58,120 nt of DNA from an uncultured Acidimicrobiaceae bacterium. GTDB lineage: Bacteria; Actinomycetota; Acidimicrobiia; Acidimicrobiales; Aldehydirespiratoraceae. A model generated the notes under the pieces. The model made no database searches. It had not been told where the DNA came from and saw only the letters and a program-made list of their open reading frames with translations. Both the position numbers and the translations under genes were made by a program. Below are positions 11,260 to 21,525 of the stretch, in pieces; position 1 is the stretch's first letter; every line of letters begins with the position of its first letter. The stretch lies in NCBI GenBank assembly GCA_913041415.1, contig CAJWHS010000006.1, positions 1 through 58,120 on the forward strand, read 5' to 3'.

Positions 11260-12765
11260 TCAGCCGCCGAGGCCGCCGGCCAACAGCGTGACGTCGAACT
11301 CGCTCACCAGCGGCGGGTAGACGCCGAAGGCGATGGTGAGGGCGGCCGTGATGGCCAATGCCGACACGAGCGACGCCGGGACACGGATCGGTGTCGTGTC
11401 GCCGTTGGGGGCATCCTCCGCCCACATGCCGAGGCCAATGCGGGCGTAGTAGTAGAGCGCGATCACCGAGTTAACGGCGACGAAGACACCGAGCACCACA
11501 CCGGATGCACTCTCGGCCTCGATCACGGCCTCCATGACTCGGAACTTTGCCCACCAACCGCCGAGCGGCGGAATGCCGGCGAGCGAGAACAGGAAGACGC
11601 TCATCGCAATGGTCAGGCCCGGGGCGTAACCGAACAGACCCTTGAACGAGTCGATCTCGGCGGAGCGGGTCTTGCGAGCAACCGCCAGCACGATGGCGAA
11701 GGCGCCGAGGTTCATAGCGGCGTACACCAGGAGATACGTGACCGTGGCGGTGAGGGCGGCGTCACCGACATCGCTGGCGACCGCAAGGGGCGCCAGCATG
11801 TAACCGGCTTGGGCGACACCGGAGTAGGCGAGCATGCGGACCAGGTTGGTCTGACGGAGGGCGACAAGGTTGCCGACGGTCATCGAGGCCGCGGCGAGAA
11901 TCCAGATCAACGGTTCGTACACGTCGTCCCGGCCGAAGAAGCCGACGAAGAGCAGATTGAGCAACGCTACGAAGCCGGCCGCCTTCGACGCGACCGAGAG
12001 GAAGGCCGTAACCGGCGTAGGGGCACCCTCGTAGGTGTCTGGTGCCCAGGTGTGGAACGGGAACGCCGAGACCTTGAAGGCGAAACCGATGATCACGAAG
12101 ATCACGCCCACGACGACAATGGCAGACGGCGAACCATCGACGCTGACGGCTTCGTTGATGTCGGCCAGCAGGGTCGAGCCGGCGCCGCCGTAGAGCAGCG
12201 ACATGCCGTAAAGCATGATCGCAGAAGCGAACACGCCCATCAGGTAGTACTTCAGGCCCGCCTCGTTGCTCTTGAGATCACGCTTGCGCCAGGTCGCGAG
12301 CATGTAGGCGGGGATCGAAAGCAGCTCGAGCGCAACGAAGACCGTGATGAGATCACGGGCCGACGCCATCAGGACCATGCCGAGGATCGAACTCAACAGC
12401 AGGCCGTAGTACTCGCTCTCCCAGTAGTCGCCTTCGGCGACATAATTGGTCGACAAGAGGACGACCACATAGCCGGCGACCAAGAACATCGCCTTCATCA
12501 CGAGGGCGTAGTTGTCGACGACAAAGGCTCCGCCGAACATCACGCGATCCTCACCGTCGAGGGCGAGGGTGACGATCGGGATCATGGTGACCAGCAAGGC
12601 GATCGAGGCGACCGACGAGGTCAGACGACGGCCCCGCTCGAGCCAGACGATGTCCATCACAGTGACAAGCGCGCCGAACGCGAGCAGCGTGAGCTCCGGC
12701 GCGACGGCATGCCAGTCGATGGCGGGTCGAACGAAATCGACCTCTTGGGCGAGCAGGGCGAGCAT
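11260..12765 (-). CDS. nuoN: NADH-quinone oxidoreductase subunit N (11-subunit cluster)
   Basis: FVALELLS, EAGLKYY, FKVSAFPFHTWAPDTYEGAPTP, SLAGIPPLGG. Confidence 0.95.
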   Translation of the reverse strand: MLALLAQEVDFVRPAIDWHAVAPELTLLAFGALVTVMDIVWLERGRRLTSSVASIALLVTMIPIVTLALDGEDRVMFGGAFVVDNYALVMKAMFLVAGYVVVLLSTNYVAEGDYWESEYYGLLLSSILGMVLMASARDLITVFVALELLSIPAYMLATWRKRDLKSNEAGLKYYLMGVFASAIMLYGMSLLYGGAGSTLLADINEAVSVDGSPSAIVVVGVIFVIIGFAFKVSAFPFHTWAPDTYEGAPTPVTAFLSVASKAAGFVALLNLLFVGFFGRDDVYEPLIWILAAASMTVGNLVALRQTNLVRMLAYSGVAQAGYMLAPLAVASDVGDAALTATVTYLLVYAAMNLGAFAIVLAVARKTRSAEIDSFKGLFGYAPGLTIAMSVFLFSLAGIPPLGGWWAKFRVMEAVIEAESASGVVLGVFVAVNSVIALYYYARIGLGMWAEDAPNGDTTPIRVPASLVSALAITAALTIAFGVYPPLVSEFDVTLLAGGLGG

Positions 12766-12770
12766 CAGGT

Positions 12771-14360
12771 TCAGCCTCCGAGGGCGGCCGTGGTGGCGTC
12801 GGCGACACCGTCACAACCGTTCTCAAACTGCAGACAGTTGTTGAGCGACTCGACGACGGCCGGGTCGGTGACTTCGAAGATCAGGCCGGGGGCCACGCCG
12901 AAAAGCACGATGAGTAAGAGGAAGGGTGTCCACGACACCCACTCCAGCGGCGTGACATCGACGATCTCGGGATCGTTGGCGAACTCCTCAGGGGGCTCGC
13001 CCATCGCGGTTCGCTGGAGCAGCCACAGGAGATAGCCGGCGGCGAGCACCGTACCGACAGCGGCGACGACCATGTAGCCGCGGAACGTCTCGACAGGGAG
13101 ACCATTGGCGGGCTGATAGGCCGACAAGATCGCCGGGAACTCACCCCAGAAGCCGGCGAGGCCAGGCAGGCCAAGCGACGCCATCGACGTGAAGCCGAGA
13201 ATCCAACCGAGACGCGGCGCCTGGATGAGCATGCCGCCGAGACGGCCAATCTCGAGGGTGTGATAGCGGTCCTTCACCGAACCGGCGATGAAGAACAGCA
13301 TGCCGGTGATAAGACCGTGGGCCACCATGCCGAAGATGGCGGCGTTGATGCCGAAGTCGGTGAGGGTCGAGATGCCGAGCATCACGAACCCCATGTGCGC
13401 CACCGACGAGAACGCGATCAGGCGCTTCATGTCGGTCTGGGCAAGACAGCCGAGGGCGCCGTAAATGATGCCGATGACGGCAAGCAGGCCGATCACCGGG
13501 GCCCAGGCCTCGGCGGCTTCGGGAAGCATCGGGATCGAGATGCGGATGAAGCCATACGTGCCGAGCTTGAGCAGCACCGCAGCCAGGATTACCGAACCCT
13601 GCGTGGGCGCCTGCGTGTGGGCATCGGGCAACCAGGTGTGGAACGGGAACATTGGCACCTTGACGCCGAAGCCGATGAACATGCCACCGAAGATCAGCAA
13701 CTGGCTGCTGCGGGCGATGCCGGCGCCGGCGGTGTCGGTGAGCTCTCGCATGTCGAAGGTGCGCAGGAACTCGCCGGTGACGGGATCCTTGGCGAGGAAG
13801 AACAGCGCCAGGAAGCCGAGCAGCATCAGGGCCGAACCGAACAGCGTGTAGAGGAAGAACTTCAGCGAGGCATAGCGGCGGTCGTCGCCACCCCACACCG
13901 CGATCATGAAGAACATCGGGAGCAAGACGACCTCGAAGAAGACGAAGAAGAGGATGAGGTCCTGCGCCACGAAGGTGCCGATCATGCCGGTCTCGAGGAT
14001 CAGCATGAGGATGAGGAACGACTTGGTGTTGCCCGGCGACGGGATGTGGCTCCACGAGTAGAGGAAGACCAACGGCATCACCAGCACGGTGAGTGCGATG
14101 AGCGGCAGCGACATGCCGTCGACGCCGAGCGTGTACCCGGCGCCGATGACGTCGATCCACGGCTCATCGACCACCCACTGAAGTTGACCAGCCTGGTCGT
14201 AGTTGAAGTCGAACAACATCGCGATGCCGAGACCGAAGGCGACGAGGCTGACCGCAAGCGCCCAGCGCTTATGGAGTTCGTCGTCGTTCGGCATCGCCAT
14301 GGCGATGACGGCACCGAGGAGCGGTACGAACGTGACAGCGGTGAGGATCCAAGAGTCCAT
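12771..14360 (-). CDS. nuoM: NADH-quinone oxidoreductase subunit M (11-subunit cluster)
   Basis: FFVFFE, KFFLYT, VKVPMFPFHTWLPDAHTQAPT, LLKLGTYG, GLPGLAGFWGE. Confidence 0.95.
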   Translation of the reverse strand: MDSWILTAVTFVPLLGAVIAMAMPNDDELHKRWALAVSLVAFGLGIAMLFDFNYDQAGQLQWVVDEPWIDVIGAGYTLGVDGMSLPLIALTVLVMPLVFLYSWSHIPSPGNTKSFLILMLILETGMIGTFVAQDLILFFVFFEVVLLPMFFMIAVWGGDDRRYASLKFFLYTLFGSALMLLGFLALFFLAKDPVTGEFLRTFDMRELTDTAGAGIARSSQLLIFGGMFIGFGVKVPMFPFHTWLPDAHTQAPTQGSVILAAVLLKLGTYGFIRISIPMLPEAAEAWAPVIGLLAVIGIIYGALGCLAQTDMKRLIAFSSVAHMGFVMLGISTLTDFGINAAIFGMVAHGLITGMLFFIAGSVKDRYHTLEIGRLGGMLIQAPRLGWILGFTSMASLGLPGLAGFWGEFPAILSAYQPANGLPVETFRGYMVVAAVGTVLAAGYLLWLLQRTAMGEPPEEFANDPEIVDVTPLEWVSWTPFLLLIVLFGVAPGLIFEVTDPAVVESLNNCLQFENGCDGVADATTAALGG

Positions 14361-14390
14361 TGCAGTGTGTTCCCGTTACTGAGGTGAGAG

Positions 14391-16730
14391 CTAGAGGGCC
14401 AGAAGGAGGACGAAGGCGCCGGCCAGGATGGCCGCACCGGCGAACATGATCGCCGCGTAGTTCTGCACGCGGCCGGTGTTGATGTGTCGGAGTTCTTCGC
14501 CGATCGCGTCGGATGTGCGACCGGAGGCATTGATGGCGCCGTCGACGACGCCTTGATCGATCTTTTCGTAGACGAGTTTGCCGCTCTGCACGGCGGTGCG
14601 CCCGGCACCGTCGACCGTGCCGTCGAGCACGTTCTGGTTCACCCAGTATGCGGCCTTTGCGATCGGGCCCTTCGTGCCACCGGCGATGATGCCGGTGTAG
14701 AGGTGATCGAGGTAGTACTTGTTCACCAGCAGCTTGTGGCCGGCTCGGGCCAACGCATTCGTGGTGGTGACACCGTTGGGAAGCCCCACGAGGTGCTCGC
14801 CGGTGCGCTGCGCCAGACGATCGACCTTCACGAAGTAGTAGGTGAACGCAGCGCCTGCGCCGGCGACGGCGACCAGCGAGGCCACGATCGCAAGCCACCA
14901 GCTCGGCGTGGCGTGGCCGACAGCCGGGAAATACGACGAGCCCGCTGGCTCGATGAAGTGCAAGAAGCGTTCCTGCCAACCCGCAGGATCCTTCTTCGAG
15001 CCGGTGAGGAAACCGGGCGGGAGGTTGGCGAAGCCGACAAGGATCGAGAACGCCGACAGGATGTAGAGCGGGTAAAGGATCCGCGGGCCCGACTCGTGCG
15101 GCTCGCCGTGATGGCCGTGGTCGTCGGCATGATCCTCAGCGTGATCGTCGTGGTGGCCGCCGCGGTACTCACCGTGGAAGGTCAGGTAGACGCAACGAGT
15201 CATGTAGGCAGCGGTGAGGGCCGCGCCGATCATGCCCATGACGAAGTGGAAGGTGTAGCTGCCCGGCGCTGAGCCGCTGCCACCAAGGATGCCCCAGCCA
15301 CCGGTGTTGACGAGGATCTCGTCCTTGGACCAGAAGCCGGCGAGCGGGAAGAGACCGGCGAGCGCAAGCGAGCCGATGACGAACGTGACATAGGTCTTCG
15401 GCATGAATTTGCGCATGCCGCCCATGTCCTTCTTCATGTCGAAGCTGTGCACGGCGTGGGCGACCGAGCCCGAACCGAGGAAGAGGTTGGCCTTGAAGAA
15501 GGCGTGGGTGAAGAGGTGGAAGACCGCCGCCGTCCAGGCGCCGACGCCGAGCGCCATCGCCATGTACCCGAGCTGCGAGACGGTCGAGTAGGCGAGCACC
15601 TTCTTGATGTCGTCTTGAACGAAGGCGAGAAGGCCCGCACCGACGAGGGTCACGGCACCGACCGTGGCGAGGAAGTTGATGCTCGAGCCGTCGATCTGCA
15701 TCCCCTCCCAGAAGACAGGGAAGAGGCGGGCGACCATGTAGATGCCGGCGACGACCATCGTGGCAGCGTGGATGAGCGCCGAGACCGGCGTGGGCCCGGC
15801 CATGGCGTCGGGCAGCCAGGTGTGTAGCACAAACTGGCCTGACTTCGACATCACGGCGATCGTGAGGCAGGCCGCTGCGACCACGAGTGCGGTGTGGCTC
15901 ACACCGCCCTGGAGGATGTTCTCGTTAATCGTGATCGTGTCGAAGGTCATGCCCTTGCCAGCGGCGAAGAACAGCGTGATCATGCCGACGAGAAGGCCAA
16001 CATCCCCGACACGGTTGGTGATGAACGCCTTCAGTGCGGCGTCGCTGTTGGGCTTCTCTTCCCACCAGTGACCGATCAGGGCGAACGAACACACGCCGAC
16101 GAGTTCCCAACCGACGATCATCTGGAGAATGTTGTCGCTAAGGACAAAGAAAAGCATCGAGGAGGTGAACAGCGACAAGAACGCAAAGAAGTGCGTGTAG
16201 CGGCGATCGCCACCGACGTAATCCGTCGAGTAGATGTGCACCAGCAACGAGATCATCGTGACGACGAACAGCATCATCACACTGAGGCCGTCGACCATGA
16301 TGCCGGCGTTGAACTCCACACCGCCGGACTGCAACCACTGGGTGGTCTTCTGCACGGCCACATAGGCCTGACCGTCGCCCCCAGCAGCTTCCGCTGCGGT
16401 GCCCGCGGCAAGGGTCACGTTGTCGACAGCGGAACCCGTGCCGTCGTCGACAAGGACGGCAGCCTTCTCTCCATACGTGTCGAGCGTGAAGTTGTCGCGG
16501 TGGTCCATCCAGGCAGCACCAGTGAGGATCGCGAGGATGAAGCTGATCGAGACGGCAGTGATGCCGAACTCGGCGCCCTTGAAGGGCATCTTCTTGCCGA
16601 AGAAGAGGATGAGGACAAACGAGATTGCCGGCAACAGGGCGATCAACCACGCGTTCTCCAGGAGCCAGTTGGCCTCGTTGGTAACGGTGGAGACTTCGGA
16701 AACCGCGCCAGCGGCGAGATGGGGGAACAC
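14391..16730 (-). CDS. nuoL: NADH-quinone oxidoreductase subunit L (11-subunit cluster)
   Basis: GWELVG, KAFITNRVGD, KSGQ..WLPDAMAGPTPVSALIHAATMV, HAFFKA, GFWSKDEI. Confidence 0.95.
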   Translation of the reverse strand: MFPHLAAGAVSEVSTVTNEANWLLENAWLIALLPAISFVLILFFGKKMPFKGAEFGITAVSISFILAILTGAAWMDHRDNFTLDTYGEKAAVLVDDGTGSAVDNVTLAAGTAAEAAGGDGQAYVAVQKTTQWLQSGGVEFNAGIMVDGLSVMMLFVVTMISLLVHIYSTDYVGGDRRYTHFFAFLSLFTSSMLFFVLSDNILQMIVGWELVGVCSFALIGHWWEEKPNSDAALKAFITNRVGDVGLLVGMITLFFAAGKGMTFDTITINENILQGGVSHTALVVAAACLTIAVMSKSGQFVLHTWLPDAMAGPTPVSALIHAATMVVAGIYMVARLFPVFWEGMQIDGSSINFLATVGAVTLVGAGLLAFVQDDIKKVLAYSTVSQLGYMAMALGVGAWTAAVFHLFTHAFFKANLFLGSGSVAHAVHSFDMKKDMGGMRKFMPKTYVTFVIGSLALAGLFPLAGFWSKDEILVNTGGWGILGGSGSAPGSYTFHFVMGMIGAALTAAYMTRCVYLTFHGEYRGGHHDDHAEDHADDHGHHGEPHESGPRILYPLYILSAFSILVGFANLPPGFLTGSKKDPAGWQERFLHFIEPAGSSYFPAVGHATPSWWLAIVASLVAVAGAGAAFTYYFVKVDRLAQRTGEHLVGLPNGVTTTNALARAGHKLLVNKYYLDHLYTGIIAGGTKGPIAKAAYWVNQNVLDGTVDGAGRTAVQSGKLVYEKIDQGVVDGAINASGRTSDAIGEELRHINTGRVQNYAAIMFAGAAILAGAFVLLLAL

Positions 16731-16737
16731 GACCTGC

Positions 16738-17037
16738 TCAGCCCTTCAGCAGGTCGGCCTGGGTTAGGTCGATACTGCGGCGGTTGCGGTACATGAGGAG
16801 CACAATGGCGAGACCGATGCCGACTTCGGCAGCGGCCACAGCGATCGTGAACAGGGCGAACACCGAACCACCGACGTCGGCGCGGAACGCACCAAACGCC
16901 ACGAGGTTGATGTTGACGGCGTTGAGAATCAACTCGACCGACATGAGCACGAGCATGCCGTTCTTTCGGGCGAGCACGCCATACACGCCGAGACAGAACA
17001 AGACGGCGCTGAGGAGCAGGAACTGGTTCAGCAGCAT
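16738..17037 (-). CDS. nuoK: NADH-quinone oxidoreductase subunit K (11-subunit cluster)
   Basis: [21 protein letters not shown], 3 TM. Confidence 0.95.
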   Translation of the reverse strand: MLLNQFLLLSAVLFCLGVYGVLARKNGMLVLMSVELILNAVNINLVAFGAFRADVGGSVFALFTIAVAAAEVGIGLAIVLLMYRNRRSIDLTQADLLKG

Positions 17038-17045
17038 GGTGATCC

Positions 17046-17576
17046 TCAGTCTTTCCGGGCTACGACGATGGCCCCGATGAGGGCGGCGAGCAGAAGCACC
17101 GACACCGCTTCGAAGGGGACGATGTACTGGCTGAAGATGGCGTCGGACACCTCGACGACGCCCTGCGGTCCGTCAATATCGACCCGGGTGTCCTCGAAGG
17201 AGTCGACCAAGGCCACCGCCATCACGGCGAACAACAACACGCCGACGATCGCAGCCATCGCCCGCTTCTCGCCGGCAACGGTCTCGTCGTCGCCCATCGA
17301 CGCACGCGTGAGCATGACGCCGAACAGAAACAACACGATCACAGCACCGATGTAGACGAGCACTTGCGTGACCGCAACGAATTCAGCACCGAGGAAGAGG
17401 AACTGCACCGCAACGCCGGCCAGCACGACGACCAGCCAGAGCGCAGCGTGCACGACGTTGGCGGTCGTGACCACCCGGAACGCCGCGTAGATCATCGTCC
17501 CCGCGATCACCGCGAAGAAGATGTTCTGTGCCACATAGAGATCGGTCTCCGAGGAGACCTGGGCCAACAACTGCAT
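17046..17576 (-). CDS. nuoJ: NADH-quinone oxidoreductase subunit J (11-subunit cluster)
   Basis: [25 protein letters not shown]; ATG overlaps the nuoI stop (TGATG). Confidence 0.93.
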   Translation of the reverse strand: MQLLAQVSSETDLYVAQNIFFAVIAGTMIYAAFRVVTTANVVHAALWLVVVLAGVAVQFLFLGAEFVAVTQVLVYIGAVIVLFLFGVMLTRASMGDDETVAGEKRAMAAIVGVLLFAVMAVALVDSFEDTRVDIDGPQGVVEVSDAIFSQYIVPFEAVSVLLLAALIGAIVVARKD

Positions 17577-18118
17577 CACGTCGAGGGAACCTTCTTGACT
17601 TTGGCTTCCGAACCCGCCTCGTAGGGCTCGAACTCCGGCACCGTCTCCATCCACTCCGCTAGGCGCGACTTGTCGTGAAGGAGATCAGCGATTCGAGGCT
17701 CGGAAAACTCATACTCCGGGCTCCAGAACAGCGCCTCGAACGGGCAGACCTCGACACAGATGCCGCAGTACATGCACAGAGCAAAATCGATGTCGAAGCG
17801 ATCGAGGGCGTTGACCTGGCGGGGCTTACCGCCAGCACGGCGCGGCGGCGCCTTTTCCTTATGGCCCTCGATGTAGATGCACCAGTCCGGGCACTCACGA
17901 GCGCAGAGCATGCACGCCGTGCAGTTCTCCTCGTGCAGGGCGATCACACCGCGGGCACGGGCGGGCGGCGCTTCCTTCTCGTGCGGGTACTGCACGGTGT
18001 CGGCGCCCTTGACCGGGTTGGGGATCGGCTTCTTGGGGTCCGGGAAGATCGTGCGGAGCATGGTGCCACCGGTGACACCGAGGCCCTTGACGATTCCGGT
18101 CGGTAGGTAACGTCCCAT
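17576..18118 (-). CDS. nuoI: NADH-quinone oxidoreductase subunit I (11-subunit cluster)
   Basis: [17 protein letters not shown] and [12 protein letters not shown] 2x[4Fe-4S] motifs. Confidence 0.95.
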   Translation of the reverse strand: MGRYLPTGIVKGLGVTGGTMLRTIFPDPKKPIPNPVKGADTVQYPHEKEAPPARARGVIALHEENCTACMLCARECPDWCIYIEGHKEKAPPRRAGGKPRQVNALDRFDIDFALCMYCGICVEVCPFEALFWSPEYEFSEPRIADLLHDKSRLAEWMETVPEFEPYEAGSEAKVKKVPST

Positions 18119-18127
18119 GACTGGCTC

Positions 18128-19171
18128 CTAGAAGACGATCTTGAGAACGGCGGTGACCACAATGTTGGCCAGCGACAGCGGGATGAGCACCTTCCAGGCC
18201 AGCTGCTGGAGCTGATCCTCTCGGAAGCGGGGTAGCGAGAACCGGGCCCAGAAGATGATGAAGGTGAGGACGACCACCTTGGTGACCAAGACGAGCGGAC
18301 CCAGAAGATTCCAGACATTGTCGTCGAACCCGAGGCCCGGGATCGGCGCCCACCAACCACCGAGGAACAACACCGACGCAATGGCGCTGAAGACGCCGGC
18401 GGTGGCGAACTCACCAATGAAGAAAAGCAGGAAGCGCATGCCCGAGTACTCGGTCATGTAGCCGGTGACCAACTCGGACTCTGCGATCGGCATGTCGAAC
18501 GGGGTCTGGGTGAGTTCGGCCTGCATCGCGATCATGAAGATCACAAAGGCGACAAACTGGGTGAGGATATACGGGTTACCGATGCCGCCCCAGCCGAAGA
18601 TCTCGCCATCGGCTTGGGCCTGCACGATGCCCTGCATGTTCATCGTCTCGGCCTGGATGACCACACCCATGACGGCGAGGATCAGCGGGAGTTCGTAGGC
18701 GATGAGCTGGCCCGTGGCGCGCAGGCCACCGAGCAGCGAGTACTTCGAGGCCGAGCCCCAGCCGGCCATGAGGATGCCGATGACCGACACCGACGACACC
18801 GCCATGGCGAGGTAGATGCCGAGCTCGGAGTTGATGAACCAGGCGTCGGGACCGCCGGGCACGACGACGACCAACAGGAACGTCGACATGAGCACGACGA
18901 ACGGGGCGGCGGCGAAGACGAACCGGTCAGCCTTGCGCGGGAAGATGTCTTCCTTCTGGAGGAACTTGCCGACCTCGGCCAGCAGCTGCAGCGAGCCGAA
19001 CGGGCCAGCCTCCATCGGGCCGAGCCGGCTCTGCATGAACGACACCAGCTTGAACAGGTGCACATACACCAGGGTGCCCGCGACCAGCAGCACCGCAGCG
19101 AGGCCGACGCCAACACGGATACCGGTCTGTTGCCAGTACGCGAGCTCCCCCAGGATCGCGACGTCGGTCAT
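18128..19171 (-). CDS. nuoH: NADH-quinone oxidoreductase subunit H (11-subunit cluster)
   Basis: MQSRLGP, KYSLLGGLR..YE, PFDMPIAESELVTGYMTEYSG, PRFREDQL. Confidence 0.95.
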   Translation of the reverse strand: MTDVAILGELAYWQQTGIRVGVGLAAVLLVAGTLVYVHLFKLVSFMQSRLGPMEAGPFGSLQLLAEVGKFLQKEDIFPRKADRFVFAAAPFVVLMSTFLLVVVVPGGPDAWFINSELGIYLAMAVSSVSVIGILMAGWGSASKYSLLGGLRATGQLIAYELPLILAVMGVVIQAETMNMQGIVQAQADGEIFGWGGIGNPYILTQFVAFVIFMIAMQAELTQTPFDMPIAESELVTGYMTEYSGMRFLLFFIGEFATAGVFSAIASVLFLGGWWAPIPGLGFDDNVWNLLGPLVLVTKVVVLTFIIFWARFSLPRFREDQLQQLAWKVLIPLSLANIVVTAVLKIVF

Positions 19172-20340
19172 CTGTCGATGTCCCCCAAGATGAAGTAGAG
19201 CGACCCCAGGATCGTGACGATATCGGGCACGTAGACGCCCTTGAGCAGCCAGGGCGTGATCGAGATGTTGTTGAACGACGCCGAACGGATCTTCACCCGG
19301 TACGGGGTGAGATCACCCTTCGAGACAACGTAGTACCCCATGACCCCCAGCGGGTTCTCGGTCTCCACATAGGCCTCACCAGCCGGCACCTTGATGATGC
19401 GCGGGACCTTGGCCATGACCGGGCCACTCGGCAGCCCGTCACAGAGCTGGTCGACCATCTTGGTGCTCTCACGTACCTCCTGGAGGCGCACCCAGAAGCG
19501 GGCGAAGGAGTCGCCATCAGGATGGGTCCAGACCTTCCAGTCGAGTTCGCTGTGCACGAGTCCGCACGGATTGTCGCGGCGGGTGTCCCAGTTGACACCC
19601 GAGGCGCGGATGTTCGCGCCCGACAGGCCATAGCTCAGACCGACGTCGGCAGGGATCACACCGATGCCGCGGCAACGAGCCTCAAAGATCTCGTTGCCCT
19701 GAAGCAGCCCTTCGATCTCATCGCAGAAGCTGCGAATCTTCTTCATCGCCCGCTTGGTCTCCGCGATCCAGCCTGCGGGCAGATCGTCCTTGAGGCCGCC
19801 GATGCGGTCGAAGTTGGGGTGGAAGCGGCCACCGGTGGCCGCCTCGATCTGGTTGAGCACATGCTCGCGGTCGCGGAAGGCGAAGAAGGCCGGCGTGACC
19901 GCACCGACCTGCAGGCCCATGTCGCCGAGGAACAGCGAGATGTTTGCGATACGGCTCATCTCGAAGAGGATCGTGCGAATCCAGGCGGCGCGTGGCGGCG
20001 CCTCGACATCCATCAATTTCTCCGCTGCGAGGATGAAGGGCACCTCATTGGCGAAGCTGCCCACCCAGTCGATGCGGTTGATCAGCGTGGTGACCTGCGG
20101 GTAGGTGCGGACCTCGGCAAGCTTCTCGTAGCCGCGGTGCATGTAGCCCATGATCGGATCGGCAGCGATGACCTGCTCGCCATCGAGCCTTGCGACGATG
20201 CGCAGCGTGCCGTGGGTGGCGGGGTGCTGGGGACCGATGTTGAGGGTCATGCCCTCGGTTTCGATCTCCACGTTGACGCGGGCATCGGCCGCCTGGGCGG
20301 CGATATAGCCCAGCTGCTCGCGATCGGAGATGGCGGTCAT
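19168..20340 (-). CDS. nuoD: NADH-quinone oxidoreductase subunit D (11-subunit cluster)
   Basis: NIGPQHPATHG, GYMHRGYEK, C-terminal GDIDR; no NiFe CxxC ligands. Confidence 0.93.
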   Translation of the reverse strand: MTAISDREQLGYIAAQAADARVNVEIETEGMTLNIGPQHPATHGTLRIVARLDGEQVIAADPIMGYMHRGYEKLAEVRTYPQVTTLINRIDWVGSFANEVPFILAAEKLMDVEAPPRAAWIRTILFEMSRIANISLFLGDMGLQVGAVTPAFFAFRDREHVLNQIEAATGGRFHPNFDRIGGLKDDLPAGWIAETKRAMKKIRSFCDEIEGLLQGNEIFEARCRGIGVIPADVGLSYGLSGANIRASGVNWDTRRDNPCGLVHSELDWKVWTHPDGDSFARFWVRLQEVRESTKMVDQLCDGLPSGPVMAKVPRIIKVPAGEAYVETENPLGVMGYYVVSKGDLTPYRVKIRSASFNNISITPWLLKGVYVPDIVTILGSLYFILGDIDR

Positions 20341-21047
20341 TCGGCTTCCTCCGTGGTCTCAGCGGCATCTGCCGGGTCGTCGTCGCCGGGCATCTGCTCG
20401 ACGTCGACGATGCCGGGCCATGGCTTCAGACGTCGGGCCAGCAGCGGGTAGTCCTTGCGCAGCGGATTGCCTTCGAATCCGGCCGGCAGATAGATGTGGC
20501 GCAGGCCGGGATGACCCTCGAAGGAGATGCCGAACATCTCCCAGCACTCACGCTCGTGCCAGTTGGCGCCGCTGTAAACCGGGACCCAACTGTCGATCGA
20601 TAGATCGTCGTCGGGGACATCGGCCTTCAGCGTGACGCCGCGGCCGTTGACGATGTCGTTGACCCGGGCGAACACCTGGAAACGGGTGTCACCGCCGGCG
20701 ACGCCCTGCTCGATGGCCATGTCGATCTCGGAGGCCTCGTCGTGACCGAGGCTGAGATCGACCTGGGCGTCCATGTCCCGGCCGAAGGGCGAGGGCTTCC
20801 AGTCGATGGCCGACAAGAAGTTGAAGTACTCGAAGCCGAGGCCGGTCTTGAGATAGGCGCCAGCGGCGGCCCAGGCGCTTCGGTCGACGCGGACCCATAG
20901 GTCGTCGCCGGGCGCGAGGTGGGAGCCGACGACGGCATCGCCGAATTCGGTCTGGATCTTGGCGAGTAGCGCTTTGCGGGCCTCGTCGGACTCGACGACC
21001 TCGGTCTCTCCTTCGACGGGAGTGTCAGTCGACGACAATCGGCTCAC
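20337..21047 (-). CDS. nuoC: NADH-quinone oxidoreductase subunit C (11-subunit cluster; true start may be TTG at 21038)
   Basis: [29 protein letters not shown]. Confidence 0.92.
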   Translation of the reverse strand: MSRLSSTDTPVEGETEVVESDEARKALLAKIQTEFGDAVVGSHLAPGDDLWVRVDRSAWAAAGAYLKTGLGFEYFNFLSAIDWKPSPFGRDMDAQVDLSLGHDEASEIDMAIEQGVAGGDTRFQVFARVNDIVNGRGVTLKADVPDDDLSIDSWVPVYSGANWHERECWEMFGISFEGHPGLRHIYLPAGFEGNPLRKDYPLLARRLKPWPGIVDVEQMPGDDDPADAAETTEEAE

Positions 21048-21525
21048 CCTTCCAACGCTCGGCCATATCCTCGTTCTGGATGCGCTCCTGCAGCAAAACG
21101 ATGCCCTCGAGCAGTGCTTCGGGACGGGGCGGGCAGCCAGGGACGTAGACGTCGACCGGGATGATCTGATCGACGCCCTTCGTCACGGAGTAAGAGTCCC
21201 AGTACGGGCCGCCGCAATTGGCGCACGAACCCATTGAGATCACGTACTTGGGTTCGGGCATCTGTTCGTATAGACGCTTGACCGACGGCACCATCTTGTC
21301 GGTGACGGTGCCGGAGATGACCACGAGGTCGGCCTGGCGAGGCGAGGCGGGCAGCGGGATGACACCGAGGCGCATCACGTCGTAGCGGGGCGACGCAAAC
21401 GCCGCGCCCATCTCGATCGCGCAGCAGGCAAGGCCCCACTGGTACACCCACATCGAGTACTTGCGGCTCATGTTGAGCAGCGACGTGATCGGCTTGGGGA
21501 TCTTCCCCGATTCGACTAGGCCCAC
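21025..21525 (-). CDS. nuoB: NADH-quinone oxidoreductase subunit B (11-subunit cluster)
   Basis: [29 protein letters not shown]. Confidence 0.96.
   Translation of the reverse strand: MGLVESGKIPKPITSLLNMSRKYSMWVYQWGLACCAIEMGAAFASPRYDVMRLGVIPLPASPRQADLVVISGTVTDKMVPSVKRLYEQMPEPKYVISMGSCANCGGPYWDSYSVTKGVDQIIPVDVYVPGCPPRPEALLEGIVLLQERIQNEDMAERWKGEPIVVD

Noticed and set aside
11197-13035. Long antisense and alternate-frame ORFs such as this 612-aa one
   Set aside because: Typical high-GC shadow ORFs opposite well-supported genes, with no motifs
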